This document shows positions 47,329 through 57,978 of a stretch of 64,000 bases of DNA, in pieces; position 1 is the first letter of the stretch; every line of letters begins with the position of its first letter. Location of the stretch: NCBI GenBank assembly GCA_963753345.1, contig CAVWBU010000049.1, forward strand, positions 160,001 through 224,000. The letters are read 5' to 3'. The translations under genes were made by a program, and so were the position numbers. Below the pieces are notes generated by a model. It ran no database searches and was not told the DNA's origin. It worked only from the letters and a program-made list of their open reading frames with translations. The DNA comes from an uncultured Fibrobacterota bacterium (GTDB lineage: Bacteria > Fibrobacterota > Chitinivibrionia > Chitinivibrionales > FEN-1185).

Positions 47329-50077
47329 CTATGTTCCGGTGCGCGGCGTTTTGGTCCAGACAGGGCGAAAAAGATTCTGCTCCCGCCTGAGGCATTCTCT
47401 TCTTGTAGCCAGAAAATCCCAGCATGACAATCCCGGGAACAGCGCCTGCAGGAGTTCCTGCGGTTTGCAGGTTTTCCCCGGCGCCATGGACAGCACGGCG
47501 CTGAATCCCACAGCGAGCGCATTCCCCGGAGCCTGCTCCGGGGTTAGCGAGCGACTATAAGCATGTTTTCTTTCCATAGGGATGGAAGATTCCCCGTCCC
47601 GCGGGACTGCGGGGTTATTCAACGAGGGCGGGCCGTCCGCTCTGTCATTTGACGAAAGCGAATAGACCAGCGGCCTGATGTTTTTGTTCGAAGTCTTTCC
47701 TTCCTTCACAACGGTCACCGTCGCTTCGGTTCGGGAGAGAAACGAGCGGATCGCTGCAGCCAGCGACGCAGCGGTAAAGCCCTGCGGCAGCGGCGCGCCC
47801 AGCGGCTCAAACCGGTAGTCTGCCGCGCAGATATCGGCGCTGAGCGACGCGTGCTTCCCCGGGATTTCCTCAAAATCAACGACCACGAGCCCGTGCGGAA
47901 GCCTGCGGTTGATTTCCGCGCACATGCCGCTGGGCGCGCGGGGCGCGTCAACATTCCGGCAAAGCACCGCGTCGAACATTTCCGCGTCGCCGGCGATGCC
48001 GAGCGAAAGCGGCGGCCCGAACGCGACGAGCGGGTGGGGCCGGCACCCTTCCGAGAACGCAAGCGGAATCCCGGCGGCGTGAAGGGCGCGGTGGAAAACG
48101 CCTACCATGTCCAGGTGGCCGAGGAACCGGATCCCTGGTTCCTTTCTGTAAAGAAACCTGATACGGTGCCTCGTGGAAGACCGGGCGGGCGCGGTCCGTG
48201 CGGGAGACAACCTGTCCGGCGGCGGGCCGTCAGCGACCCGCCGGCCGGCGTGAGTCTCGTCCGGGCCGCACACCCCGCACCCGGAGCAAGAACCTGTCCT
48301 GCAGTCGGTCGTGATTTCGCCTCTTGCGGCCTTGTCGCGTTCCTTTTGCAGGAAGGCGCCGGACACGCCGATGGACACGGCCGACCACGGCAGCGGCTGG
48401 TCAATGGGAAGAACTCCGCAGAATTTCTCCAGATCGGTTCCGCTCTTTTCCGATGCGTTTTTCCATCGGCTCAGGTCGAAATGTTCGTCCCACCCGTCGA
48501 ACCGGGCGCCCGCCTTCCAAGCGGCGTGGATGCAGGCCGAAAGGCTCCTGTCCCCGCGCGCCAGAACGGTTTCGAGGAAGGCCATGGCGGGATCGCGGTA
48601 CGCCGTTTTCACGTTGCGCTGCCGGGCAAGCGCGTTTTTGACGGCCTTGGATTTCCGGAGCAGGTTTTCCTGCGTGTCCATGGCGTCCCACTGAAACGGC
48701 GTGTGCGGCTTGGGGGAAAACGGCGAGAGCGCCACGTTGATGGTCACCCTGTGCGAAAGCCGCCAGGCTGCGCCGGCGATGTCCGTGCTGAGCCTCACGA
48801 TTCCCGCGATGTCGTCGTCGGTCTCGGTGGGCAGGCCGATCATGAAGTAGAGCTTGATGGTCTGCACATTTCTTTTAAGCAGCATGGCGACGGTGGCCAT
48901 GATCTGGTCGTCGGAGAACCCCTTGTTGATCACGTTTCTCAGGCGCTGGGTCCCGGCCTCGGGCGCGATGGTGAACGAAGAGAGCGGCGCAACGGCCTGC
49001 AGGGCGTCGAGGTCCGATTCGGTGAGCGCGTCGATCCGCGTTGACGGAAGCGAAAGGGAGACGTGTTCTTGTTTGGAAAATTCGGCCGCCGCGCGCAGCA
49101 GGGGAGCAAGGCCGCCGTAGTCCGCGGTGGAAAGCGACAGGAGCCCCGCCTCCCTCCATCCCGTGGCGGTAAATCCGTCCTTGAGCTGGGAAACGATGCT
49201 CGTTACGGGCCGTTCGCGCACGGGCCGGTAGTAGAAACCGGCGGCGCAGAACCTGCACCCCCGGGAACACCCGCGCAGCACTTCCACCACGAGCCGGTGG
49301 TGCACTACGTTGACGAGCGGGACAATGGGCCGGGACGGATAGGAATCGTCGGAAAGGTCAGCTAATTTTTGCGGCGCGGACGGGTTGCCGAGGCTCGGCC
49401 GGAACAAAAAACATTCCCGAGCGCCTGACCTCGTGCAGGGAAGGAACATACACGCCGTCAACCTTCTCCAGCGCTTTCAGGATATCGGGCTTGGCCGCGC
49501 CGCCGCGTTTCGACCGTTCCAGGATTTCGCAGATCGACACCACCGCCTCTTCGCCGTCGCCGACCACGAACGCGTCGATGAAATCGGCCAGGGGCTCCGG
49601 GTTGCCCATCACCGAGCCGCCCGCGACAACAAGGGGAAATACCGCGGTACGGTCGCGGCGGAAAACCGGAAGGCCGGCAAGATCGAGCATGTTCACGAGG
49701 TTGGCGTACTGCAACTCGTAGTTCACCGAGAACCCGATCCAGTCGGCGTCTTTGACGGGCGCGAGGTACTCGAGCGAAAACAGCGGGATGCTTCCGGACC
49801 GCATGATCCGCTCCGCGTCGGTCCAGGGGTGATAGCACCGGGAGAGCGCCCACGACGGGCGCTTGTTGACAAGGTGATAGAGAATCTGGCCGCCGTAATG
49901 CGACATGCCGATCTCGTAGGTCTCCGGGAAGCACAAAACGCCGTGGAGGGAAAGCGCGGCGGGGTCCTTGCGGATGCTGCTCATCTCGCCGCCCGCGTAC
50001 TGCATGGGCTTCTGGACAAAAGGGAAGAATTCCCGTTCGAGCCTGCGTCTCATGCCGGCGGTTTCCATCGTGTGCAT
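47329..50077 (-). CDS. TIGR03960-like B12-binding radical SAM protein fused to a TIGR03936/DUF2344-like domain; +1 frameshift near 49363
   Basis: VQKP.QY.GGE, FPETYEIGMS, NPEPLADF, RGC.RGCRFC.AG, APEAGTQRLR, PKPHTPFQW, FLGHLD. Confidence 0.88.
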
Positions 50078-50146
50078 ACCCCCGCACACAAAATAATTCG
50101 GCCGCGCCCGCGCGGACGCGGCGGAAATCACGGGGTCGGCCGGATG

Positions 50147-50878
50147 TTATTTGCCCTTCTCCAGGCGCTGCGCGAGAAATGCGGGCAGGTTGTTGTCGAG
50201 AATCTTGCGTTGGGTTATGCTGTAGTCGTAGGGAACGCGCACCAGGGTCACTTCGCGTTTCTCCACGTCGTAGATCGCGTAGCAGGAGCGCGAATCGAAG
50301 TCGCGCGGCTGTCCCACGCTGCCCACATTAATGAGGTAGTAGTTCTTTTCGTCAAGCGTGATGGTGTGCTCGGAGTGCAGGATGATCTTGTCGCTTTCCT
50401 GGATCATGATGGACGGCCAGTGCGTGTGGCCGATAAAGTTGAGCCGGTACACCAGGCTGTTGAACGCCTCGAACACCGCGTCCTCGCTGTCGGGGAACAC
50501 GTAGATCCAGTCCTGGGGGTTTGACGGGGAGGAATGGGTGAAAAACATGTCGTCTTTCACTATTGTCAATTGAAGGTTTCTCAGGAAATCCTTCGCCGCG
50601 GGCGAAAGGTGGCTCCTCGTCCATTCCATGGCCGCGTAGGCATAGTAGGTGAACGTCTGAATGTCGATGCGGTTGATTGCGGCGTAGTCGTGGTTGCCTG
50701 CAACGCATTTGTCAACGTTGTCCCGCACGAGCTCGATACAGCGTTCCGGGTCCGGATAGTATCCCACGATGTCGCCGAGGCAGACGACGGTGTCCACCTG
50801 TCGGGTTTCGATGTCCTTGAGGACGGCCGAAAGGGCCTCGACGTTGCCGTGAATATCGGAGATTACCGCGTATCTCAT
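50147..50878 (-). CDS. Metallophosphoesterase family protein
   Basis: ISDIHGN, LGDIVGY, GNHD, GHTH, NVGSVGQPRD. Confidence 0.92.
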   Translation of the reverse strand: MRYAVISDIHGNVEALSAVLKDIETRQVDTVVCLGDIVGYYPDPERCIELVRDNVDKCVAGNHDYAAINRIDIQTFTYYAYAAMEWTRSHLSPAAKDFLRNLQLTIVKDDMFFTHSSPSNPQDWIYVFPDSEDAVFEAFNSLVYRLNFIGHTHWPSIMIQESDKIILHSEHTITLDEKNYYLINVGSVGQPRDFDSRSCYAIYDVEKREVTLVRVPYDYSITQRKILDNNLPAFLAQRLEKGK

Positions 50879-51087
50879 GGAATGGCTGTTTCTTTCAGGG
50901 AGTGCGATTTCTCTGATGAATATGCTAGATTATATTATTTTTGTTTTTTCGGTGCAACATAATTCTCCATTATGCGGCCGGCGGGCGGCGGCGGATTCCA
51001 TTCTGTCCAGGATCGACGGGCGCGGGAGCCCGCGCACGGGGCGCGCCGCGGTGCGGGGGCAGGGAGAAGCGGCGGGAAGGGACCAGC

Positions 51088-52137
51088 GTGACTGAAACGA
51101 CACGATTGCCAAGATCATCGGCTCCTCGGGTCGACGAATTCCGGCGGTGCATGACGCCGTCGTCGGCAACGCTGGTTCTCACGCACGACTACCCGGATCC
51201 GGACTGTCTGGCGTCCGCCTACGGCATTTCACAGCTGCTTTCGTTCTGGGGGACCCAGAACACCGTGATTTCGTTCGGCGGATTTGTCGGCCGCGCCGAG
51301 AACCGGGCCATGATACGGTTCCTCAACCTTCACACCGTGCCCTTTGTGCTTCTCGAGCTCAAGGATTTCGACCGCATCGTGCTGGTCGACTGCGTTCCGG
51401 GCAAAAGCAATGTCTCGCTGCCGGCAGGCAAGGCGGTTCATGCCGTTCTGGACCATCACCTTTCCGGCGCATTTGACAAGCCGCCCTGTTTTCACGACAT
51501 CAGGCAGGACATCGGCGCAGCGTCCACCATTGTGACGGAATACCTTCTCGCCGCACAATGCCCCATCCGCGAGAAACTCGCGACAGCACTCTTCTACGGG
51601 ATAAAAACCGACACCGGCGACATGGGGCGCGACTCGTCGCCCGAGGACCTTGCGTGCTACAAGCGCATGTTCGACCTCATGGACCACGGCCTGCTTTCCA
51701 AAATAGAAAATCCCGACAGGGACATCGCCTTTTTCAGGATGATCCACCGCGGGGCACAGGCTATCATCGCCTTCGGCCCCGTGGGGTACATTCCGCTCGG
51801 CCCGGTCGCCTCGCCCGACTATGTCGCCGAAATGGCCGATCTGTTCCACAGCATGGAGAAGATCGACACCACGGTGTGCAGCGGCGTATTCAAAAAGAAC
51901 GTTTTCTTTTCCATACGCGCCAAGAACCGCGACGAGGCGGGCATGCACGCGGAGAAGATCGCCGCGGCGCTCGGCGGCGGCGGGGGAGGCCACGGCAAAC
52001 TGGGCGCCGGAAGAATACCGTGCCCCAAGGGGCATGAAGAGGCGGTTGCCGCAACGTTCCTCGAAACGGTGAAAGCCGCGTTCAATATCGGGTCGGTCGA
52101 AGGCGTACATATTCTGGAGGAATACCGGCACAGGTAG
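51088..52137 (+). CDS. DHH-family phosphoesterase (NrnA-like)
   Basis: H..PDPD, VD, DHH, GIKTDT, GGGGGH. Confidence 0.9.
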   Translation: MTETTRLPRSSAPRVDEFRRCMTPSSATLVLTHDYPDPDCLASAYGISQLLSFWGTQNTVISFGGFVGRAENRAMIRFLNLHTVPFVLLELKDFDRIVLVDCVPGKSNVSLPAGKAVHAVLDHHLSGAFDKPPCFHDIRQDIGAASTIVTEYLLAAQCPIREKLATALFYGIKTDTGDMGRDSSPEDLACYKRMFDLMDHGLLSKIENPDRDIAFFRMIHRGAQAIIAFGPVGYIPLGPVASPDYVAEMADLFHSMEKIDTTVCSGVFKKNVFFSIRAKNRDEAGMHAEKIAAALGGGGGGHGKLGAGRIPCPKGHEEAVAATFLETVKAAFNIGSVEGVHILEEYRHR

Positions 52138-52186
52138 CATGCCGCGCCGAAGGCCGTTTTTTGCACCATCAGCAGAAGGGTTTGTC

Positions 52187-53023
52187 ATGTGGGAATACAC
52201 CGACAAGGTCCGCGACCATTTCCTCAATCCGCGCAACGCGGGCGAGATCGAGAACCCGGACGGCCTCGGCGAGGTGGGCAACATCACCTGCGGCGACGCT
52301 TTAAGGCTCACGTTCAAGCTTGACGCAGAGGGAAAGATAAAGGAGGCGAAGTTCAAGACCTTCGGCTGCGGCAGCGCCATCGCGTCGGCGAGCGCTCTCA
52401 CCGAGTTGATAAAGGGCAAGACCCTCGACGAGGCGGCCAAGATATCCAACAGCGACATCGCGCAGTATCTCGACGGCCTGCCGCGCGAGAAGATGCACTG
52501 CAGTGTGATGGGGCAGGAGGCGCTCGAGGCCGCGATCGAATATTACAAGTCCGGCGGCAAGAAGACCGCGCCGCCCGCCAAGGAAGGCAAGGTGGTGTGC
52601 ACCTGCTTCAACGTGACCGACAGGGAAATCGAGCGCGCCATACGCGAGAACAAGCTGAAAACGATAGAGGACGTCACCAACTTCACCAAGGCGGGCGGCG
52701 GCTGCGGCGGCTGCCACGAGCAGCTTCAGGAGATGCTTGACAAGATCAACGGCACCAGCGCGGTCAAGACGCAGCCCGCGGCACGGCTCACCACGCTTCA
52801 GAAGATCGACCGCATCCGCGAGGTGATCCGCACCGATATTCGTCCCATCCTCGCCGGCGACGGCGGCGACTGCGAGCTCGTGGACGTGGACGGCAGCGAG
52901 GTGACGATCCGGTTCAAGGGCCACTGCAACGGCTGCGCGTTTTCCAACAATACGCTCGTGTCGGTGGTGGAAAAAAAGCTGAGAGAGAAAGTGGCGGAGA
53001 ATTTGAAAGTTAAAATGGTATAA
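52187..53023 (+). CDS. nifU: Fe-S cluster assembly protein NifU
   Basis: MWEYTDKV.DHF.NPRN, CGD, FGCGSAIAS, KMHCS, VC.CF, GGGCGGC, DGGD.EL, C.GC. Confidence 0.95.
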   Translation: MWEYTDKVRDHFLNPRNAGEIENPDGLGEVGNITCGDALRLTFKLDAEGKIKEAKFKTFGCGSAIASASALTELIKGKTLDEAAKISNSDIAQYLDGLPREKMHCSVMGQEALEAAIEYYKSGGKKTAPPAKEGKVVCTCFNVTDREIERAIRENKLKTIEDVTNFTKAGGGCGGCHEQLQEMLDKINGTSAVKTQPAARLTTLQKIDRIREVIRTDIRPILAGDGGDCELVDVDGSEVTIRFKGHCNGCAFSNNTLVSVVEKKLREKVAENLKVKMV

Positions 53024-53061
53024 ATAATAGTTTATAAATAGTAATACAAAACTCAATTTAT

Positions 53062-53320
53062 GGGGGGGGGGAGTTTACCCCGTCGGGTACTTCTCCCTCG
53101 TCAGGGATTTCCAAGGGTCACAAGGGTCGTCCCCCTCGCTCCGGCCGGGCCGCGCCACTTTACAAATCAGCATCCCACAGGCGCGTTCGGTCCTCCGCTA
53201 CCCCCTCCTGGGTGCACCCCTTGACAAAGTTGCTGCTAGACCATGCTCCGTTGCGAGGGCACCCACGGAGAGTTGTTGAATAGTTGAAACGTTGAATAGT
53301 TGAAAAGTTGAGGAGTTCAA
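53062..53320 (+). repeat. Arm A copy 3 plus AGTTGAA tandem tract
   Basis: CTCCTGGGTGC..GCACCCACGGAG stem, then (GTTGAANN)n. Confidence 0.75.
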
Positions 53321-53396
53321 AGAAAACCCCGTTTTACTCCTTGAGAATTCGGTCTAGCGAAAGTCCAAATTATTTCCTAAAAAGTCTTCCTCTGCC

Positions 53397-53540
53397 GCGC
53401 GTTAGGTGGACCGGAGTGGTCCCGCCATAGCGGGATTGCCGCCCGACCACGGCCCGAAGGGCCCTTGTGGCGGGCGGCAACGAGGCGAACAGCCGAGCCC
53501 GGAGGGAGACCGACCCGAGCGAAGCGAGGGGAACGCCCAC
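53397..53540 (+). repeat. Arm B copy 2
   Basis: GCGCGTTAGG..TTGCCGCCCG/CGGGCGGCAA..GAGCGAAGCGAGGGGAACGCCC. Confidence 0.75.
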
Positions 53541-53566
53541 CAGATTTAAACAAATATTCTATTATA

Positions 53567-56266
53567 TCAACTCATCTCAGAAATAATCTCCCTCAAACAC
53601 GCTGCAATCTGATCGGCGCTTGAATACGCAGAAATCTTCTTTGCTGTTATGAGGTCCTGGAAACCGAGCGGTGGCCCGAAGGTGATGGTGGGCGAGACTT
53701 TCTTTCCGGCAAACAGCCGGGGCAGACCTCCGGGCGGCCATGTATCCATGGTGCCCCGCACCCTCACGGGCACGACCGTGGCGTTGACGTCGAGCATAAG
53801 CATGCCGATGCCGGACTTGAACTTCCGGAGCTCGCCGGTCTTGGTGCGGCCGGTTTCCGGGAACACGAGCAGATTGTTGCCGTCCTTGATAATCGCGATT
53901 GACGTGCGGAGAATCTCGGCGACATCGCTCTCGCGCTTGACGCGCACGACATGCGCGCCGAGGAACGCGAGCATAAGGGGCGGCAGAACATCGCGGCCGC
54001 CGACAATAAACGTCTTCCGTCTCGCGCGCTGCGGGAGGGAATACATGATCCAGAGGGGATCGAGCGCGCTCTGGCGGTTCGTGCAGAAAATAAGCGGTTT
54101 ATTGAGCGGAATGTCGCCGCCGCCGGTCGAGGACACGTTCCACAGCAGGCTGCCCGCTGCGCGGGTGAGCAGAGGAAGCACCGTTGCGACTGCCGAAGCG
54201 CCCCTGGCCGGATAGACAACAGGGTGTTTTGAGCCCGCGATGCGCTGTTTGATGTCGGTGACCGATTCTTCCTTACAGTTTGGCGCACCTGCCGCAGAGA
54301 TCCGCTCCATTACCGTGGTGTACACGTCGCCGAGGGTCTCGATTTTGATAAGGTCTTCGTCCGGAAACGAGAAGCAGTACTTCCTCTCCACCATGCACAT
54401 GAGGTCGAGCTTCTTCATCGAATCAAGCCCGAGGTCCAGTTCAAGGTTGAAAAACGGGGGCAGTTTTGCCTCGCTGCTTTTGTTCGCGAGCTTTGCCGCA
54501 AATCCTGCGATGACCCTGTATTCCGCCGAGTCCATGAGGCCGGCATCCATTGCAGAGACCGCCTGCTTTTGTTTGCGGGCTTCGCCCGATTCCTTGAGCG
54601 AATAGTACAGTTCACGCAGTTCGTGCTTCTTGAGCTTCTTCGAGGTGGTGCGCGGCAGTGCGTCGTAGACAACCGCGAAATCGGTGATCTTCTTGTACGA
54701 GGGCAGGTCGCGGCCCAGGCGCAGAACCTCGTTCCGCACGATCTCCGCTGCTTCGCTTGTCGGGTATTTCCGCCGGATTTCCTGCGACGGCACGATCAGC
54801 GCCGCCGCGATCTCCTTGTCCTTGAGCTTAGCCGAAAACACGCCGATTTCCTCGATGACCGCCGAGGTGGAATAAAAATCCTCCAGTTCGTCGGGATAGA
54901 CGTTCTTCCCGCTGTCAAGCACGATGATGTCCTTGCTGCGGCCCACCAGGTAGATGAATCGGTCCCTGCCGAGCCTGCCGAGGTCGCCGGTGTGGAACCA
55001 GCCGTCCGCGTCGAACGACTTTTTGGTGAGTTCCTCGTTGTTGTAGTAACCGGCGAACACATTGGTGCCGCGGAAGCACACCTCGCCGATGCCGGACGCA
55101 TCCGGTTTGTCAATCCTTACCTCGTTTTCGTCGAGCGGAATGCCCACGCTCGCGAGCCGGCGGTCTTCGATAGGACAGAGCGTGATTGCGCCGAACGTTT
55201 CCGAAAGGCCGTATCCTTCGACGATATTGAATCCCATCAGCTTGAAGCCGTTGAAGACGTTTTTGGTGATAGCGGCGCCGCCCGAGATCACGATGTTCAG
55301 CCTTCCGCCGAAACTTTTGTGCACCGAGGAGAAAAGCCTCTTGCGGAACTTTTGCCCGAGCAGACCGCCGAGCGAGAACGAAAGAAACGTCAGAACGGCG
55401 AACATCGCGCGCACCGCAATGCCTTTTGACCTCACGTTCTGGTTGATGTTGTTGTAAAACACCTGGAGCAGCTTGGGGACCGCCGGGAGCATCGTGACCT
55501 TTTTTTCGCGCAGCCCTTCGAGGATGAGCGACCCCTTCACCGTGGGAACGAGCACAATGTCAAGCCCGCCGCCGAGGGCGCCGGGCAGGCAGGCGCACGC
55601 GCCGAACACGTGGTGCAGGGGGAGCACCGCCATCATGGTGTCGCCCGGCCCCGCCTTCATGCGGGGGATTGCGGAAAGGGAAATCGCGGTGAAATTACGC
55701 TGGCAGAGCATCACGCCCTTGGCCTTTCCCGTGGTCCCGGAAGTAAAGATGATGACCGCGACGTCGTCGGGATTGAATTGTGCCGCGAATGCGTCCTCGT
55801 CCGGGTCTCCTGCCGCGCAAAACGAGGCGAACGTCTTTTCCAATTCGGGATACGCCTCGTTGTCCACGACAACGGCCGCAATGCAGCCGAACTCGGAGCG
55901 CATCTCCTCGAACAGCGGGGCAAAGCTCTTGGAGCAGAACACGAATTTCGGTTTTGTCTGGGATACGATTTCGCGGATTTCCGCGGCGGGCAGGTTCGGA
56001 TCAATGGGAACGGTGCGGCCGCCTGCAAGGAATCCGCAGTGCCACGCGATCACCCATTCGGGCGTGTTGTCGCCGATCACCGCGAGCGTGTCGCGGCTTG
56101 AGTAGCCGCGTTTCTTGAGCGCAGAAACCAGGCGGTTAAGGTCCCTGTGGAAATCCGCATAGGTCCATGTACGCCATGCGCCCCCGCGCTTAAAGTGCAT
56201 GCACGGACGGTCTGCGTTGTCGATGATGGATTTTTGAAGAAGGTCAGCGTAGACATGCTTGTTCAT
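53567..56266 (-). CDS. Long-chain acyl-CoA synthetase - acyl carrier - PlsC-like acyltransferase fusion
   Basis: FTSGTTGKAKG, EGYGLSE, TGDLG, ACP motif LGLDSM, acyltransferase N(R)QSALD and FPETGRT. Confidence 0.9.
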   Translation of the reverse strand: MNKHVYADLLQKSIIDNADRPCMHFKRGGAWRTWTYADFHRDLNRLVSALKKRGYSSRDTLAVIGDNTPEWVIAWHCGFLAGGRTVPIDPNLPAAEIREIVSQTKPKFVFCSKSFAPLFEEMRSEFGCIAAVVVDNEAYPELEKTFASFCAAGDPDEDAFAAQFNPDDVAVIIFTSGTTGKAKGVMLCQRNFTAISLSAIPRMKAGPGDTMMAVLPLHHVFGACACLPGALGGGLDIVLVPTVKGSLILEGLREKKVTMLPAVPKLLQVFYNNINQNVRSKGIAVRAMFAVLTFLSFSLGGLLGQKFRKRLFSSVHKSFGGRLNIVISGGAAITKNVFNGFKLMGFNIVEGYGLSETFGAITLCPIEDRRLASVGIPLDENEVRIDKPDASGIGEVCFRGTNVFAGYYNNEELTKKSFDADGWFHTGDLGRLGRDRFIYLVGRSKDIIVLDSGKNVYPDELEDFYSTSAVIEEIGVFSAKLKDKEIAAALIVPSQEIRRKYPTSEAAEIVRNEVLRLGRDLPSYKKITDFAVVYDALPRTTSKKLKKHELRELYYSLKESGEARKQKQAVSAMDAGLMDSAEYRVIAGFAAKLANKSSEAKLPPFFNLELDLGLDSMKKLDLMCMVERKYCFSFPDEDLIKIETLGDVYTTVMERISAAGAPNCKEESVTDIKQRIAGSKHPVVYPARGASAVATVLPLLTRAAGSLLWNVSSTGGGDIPLNKPLIFCTNRQSALDPLWIMYSLPQRARRKTFIVGGRDVLPPLMLAFLGAHVVRVKRESDVAEILRTSIAIIKDGNNLLVFPETGRTKTGELRKFKSGIGMLMLDVNATVVPVRVRGTMDTWPPGGLPRLFAGKKVSPTITFGPPLGFQDLITAKKISAYSSADQIAACLREIISEMS

Positions 56267-57493
56267 GCAGGGCTCCGGTGTCCGGTTTCCTTAACAAACA
56301 GGGCGACAATGACAAGTGCGATTCCGCTCATGCACGATCCGAAAATAAAAGGGGCCGCGGGCGAGTGGGAGAAAAGAAACCCCGCGATCACGCTCGCGGG
56401 AAGAAGGCCGATGCCGACGATGGTGTAAAAGAACCCGAGCGCGGTGGCCTTGGATTCTTTGGGCGACAGATCGCCCACGAATGCTTTCTCCACGCCTTCG
56501 GTCATGGCGTAATAGATGCCGTAGATGATCCAGGAGATCCACAGCACCCACGAATGGTCCTTCGTAATGAGGCCGAACGAGCAGTACACGGCGGCGTACA
56601 GGGCGTATCCGGCAATTAGAATCTTTCTGCGGCCGACCTTGTCCGAAAGCCCGCCGAAGAAGCGGGACAGGACGGTTGACGAGAGGTTGAAAAGCAGGTA
56701 CATGAGGATCACGCCCGGAAGAGCGATGCCGAGGTTCATGCTGCGCAGAAAAAGAAACTGGTTTGACGAATTGCCCAAAGTAAAGAAGCATTGCGCAAGG
56801 AAGAAAAGTCTGAGGTTCCGGTCGTATTTCCTGAGGTCGAGGTTCGGCACCGGCTTTTGGGACGGTCCTTCTGACGCTGTTAAAGGGCGCGTTTCCTTGA
56901 CAAAAAACAAGAACACCACGCCGATAAACGCCGGGACAACAGAAACAGCGAACAGAAGGTAGAATGCATTGAGGTCCCTGAGCGTTTTCGAAACCGGGTC
57001 AAGAAATTGCAGGCAGACAAGCCAGCACACAGCAACGCCGAGCGTGGCGCCGGCAAAGTCCATTCCCCGCTGAAACCCGAATGCCGCGCCCTGACGGCCC
57101 TGCTCGGTTGATTCATAGATGAGCGCATCGCGCGGCGCGGTGCGGATTCCTTTCCCGACCCTGTCGAAGAAACGCGAGATAAGCACAAACCACCAGCCGA
57201 ACGACGCTAGGAAAAGGAGCAGCTTGGACAGCGCCGAAAGCGCGTATCCGGCAATAGTCGGAGCTTTACGGAGGCGAATCCGGTCCGAGTAGTATCCCGC
57301 AAGGATCTTGAGCAGGCTCGCGGTTGATTCTGCCACGCCCTCGATGATGCCGAGCGCCGGCCCCACGAGCGCCTTCTGCGAAGCGAGCACCGTTGACACG
57401 AACGCCTGGATAAGCGGATACAGCATCTCGGACGAGACGTCGGTGAAGAAGGACGTAAGGCCGGTGAGGATGACGTTTCGGTTGTAATTTCAT
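56263..57493 (-). CDS. MFS transporter; +1 frameshift just after the start codon (~57488)
   Basis: RNVILTGLTSFFTDVSSEMLYP, G..SDR..RK, DRVGKGIRTAPRDALI, G.LSDKVGRR. Confidence 0.88.
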
Positions 57494-57520
57494 AGCCATA
57501 ATTAGTATTTAGTAAAGAAG

Positions 57521-57704
57521 CTGGGCGTTCCCCTCGCCTTCGGTAAGCACTCAGGCTCGGGTCGGTTCTCCTTCCGGTCCACCCCTTCGGGTGCTTCCAA
57601 GGGTCGTCGGCCTCCGGCCTCGGGCTGCCTGTCCCAACCGCCTTCGGCTAGGGATCAGGCAGCACCGCGCTCCGGCTCGGCCTCCAGTCGCCCCTAACGC
57701 GCGC
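57521..57704 (-). repeat. Arm B copy 3 (inverted)
   Basis: Reverse complement GCGCGTTAGG..GCTGCCTG/CAGGCAGC..GGGGAACGCCCAG. Confidence 0.75.
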
Positions 57705-57789
57705 ATACCGTGGTTATCATCAGTCAACTACTTCTTCTCGCGCCAATCGGAATACTCAAGAAATTATCAAACATCTTTTCTTCCATTTC

Positions 57790-57970
57790 TCAACCTCTCA
57801 ACTTATCAACTCTTCAACGTTTCAACTATTCAACTTTTCAACTGCTCTCCGTGGGTGCCGCCGCAGCAATGTATGGTCTTGCAGCTACTTTGTCAAGGCG
57901 GCCACCCTGGAGAGGGGAGTGCCGAGGACGGCGTCAGCTGGCCGAGGCCGGGGGAGATACTTCTCCCCCA
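57790..57970 (-). repeat. TCAACT tandem tract plus arm A copy 4 (inverted)
   Basis: Reverse complement CTCCAGGGTGGCCGCCTTGACAAAGT..GGCGGCACCCACGGAGAG. Confidence 0.75.
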
Positions 57971-57978
57971 AAACTTTA

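Noticed and set aside
43958..53056. Long antisense or alternate-frame ORFs (e.g. 43958-44989, 47851-49044, 49385-50524, 51229-52458)
   Set aside because: They shadow well-supported genes in GC-rich sequence and have no recognisable motifs
53271..53320. AGTTGAA tracts as a CRISPR array
   Set aside because: Units are 7-8 nt with no spacers, and there are no cas genes
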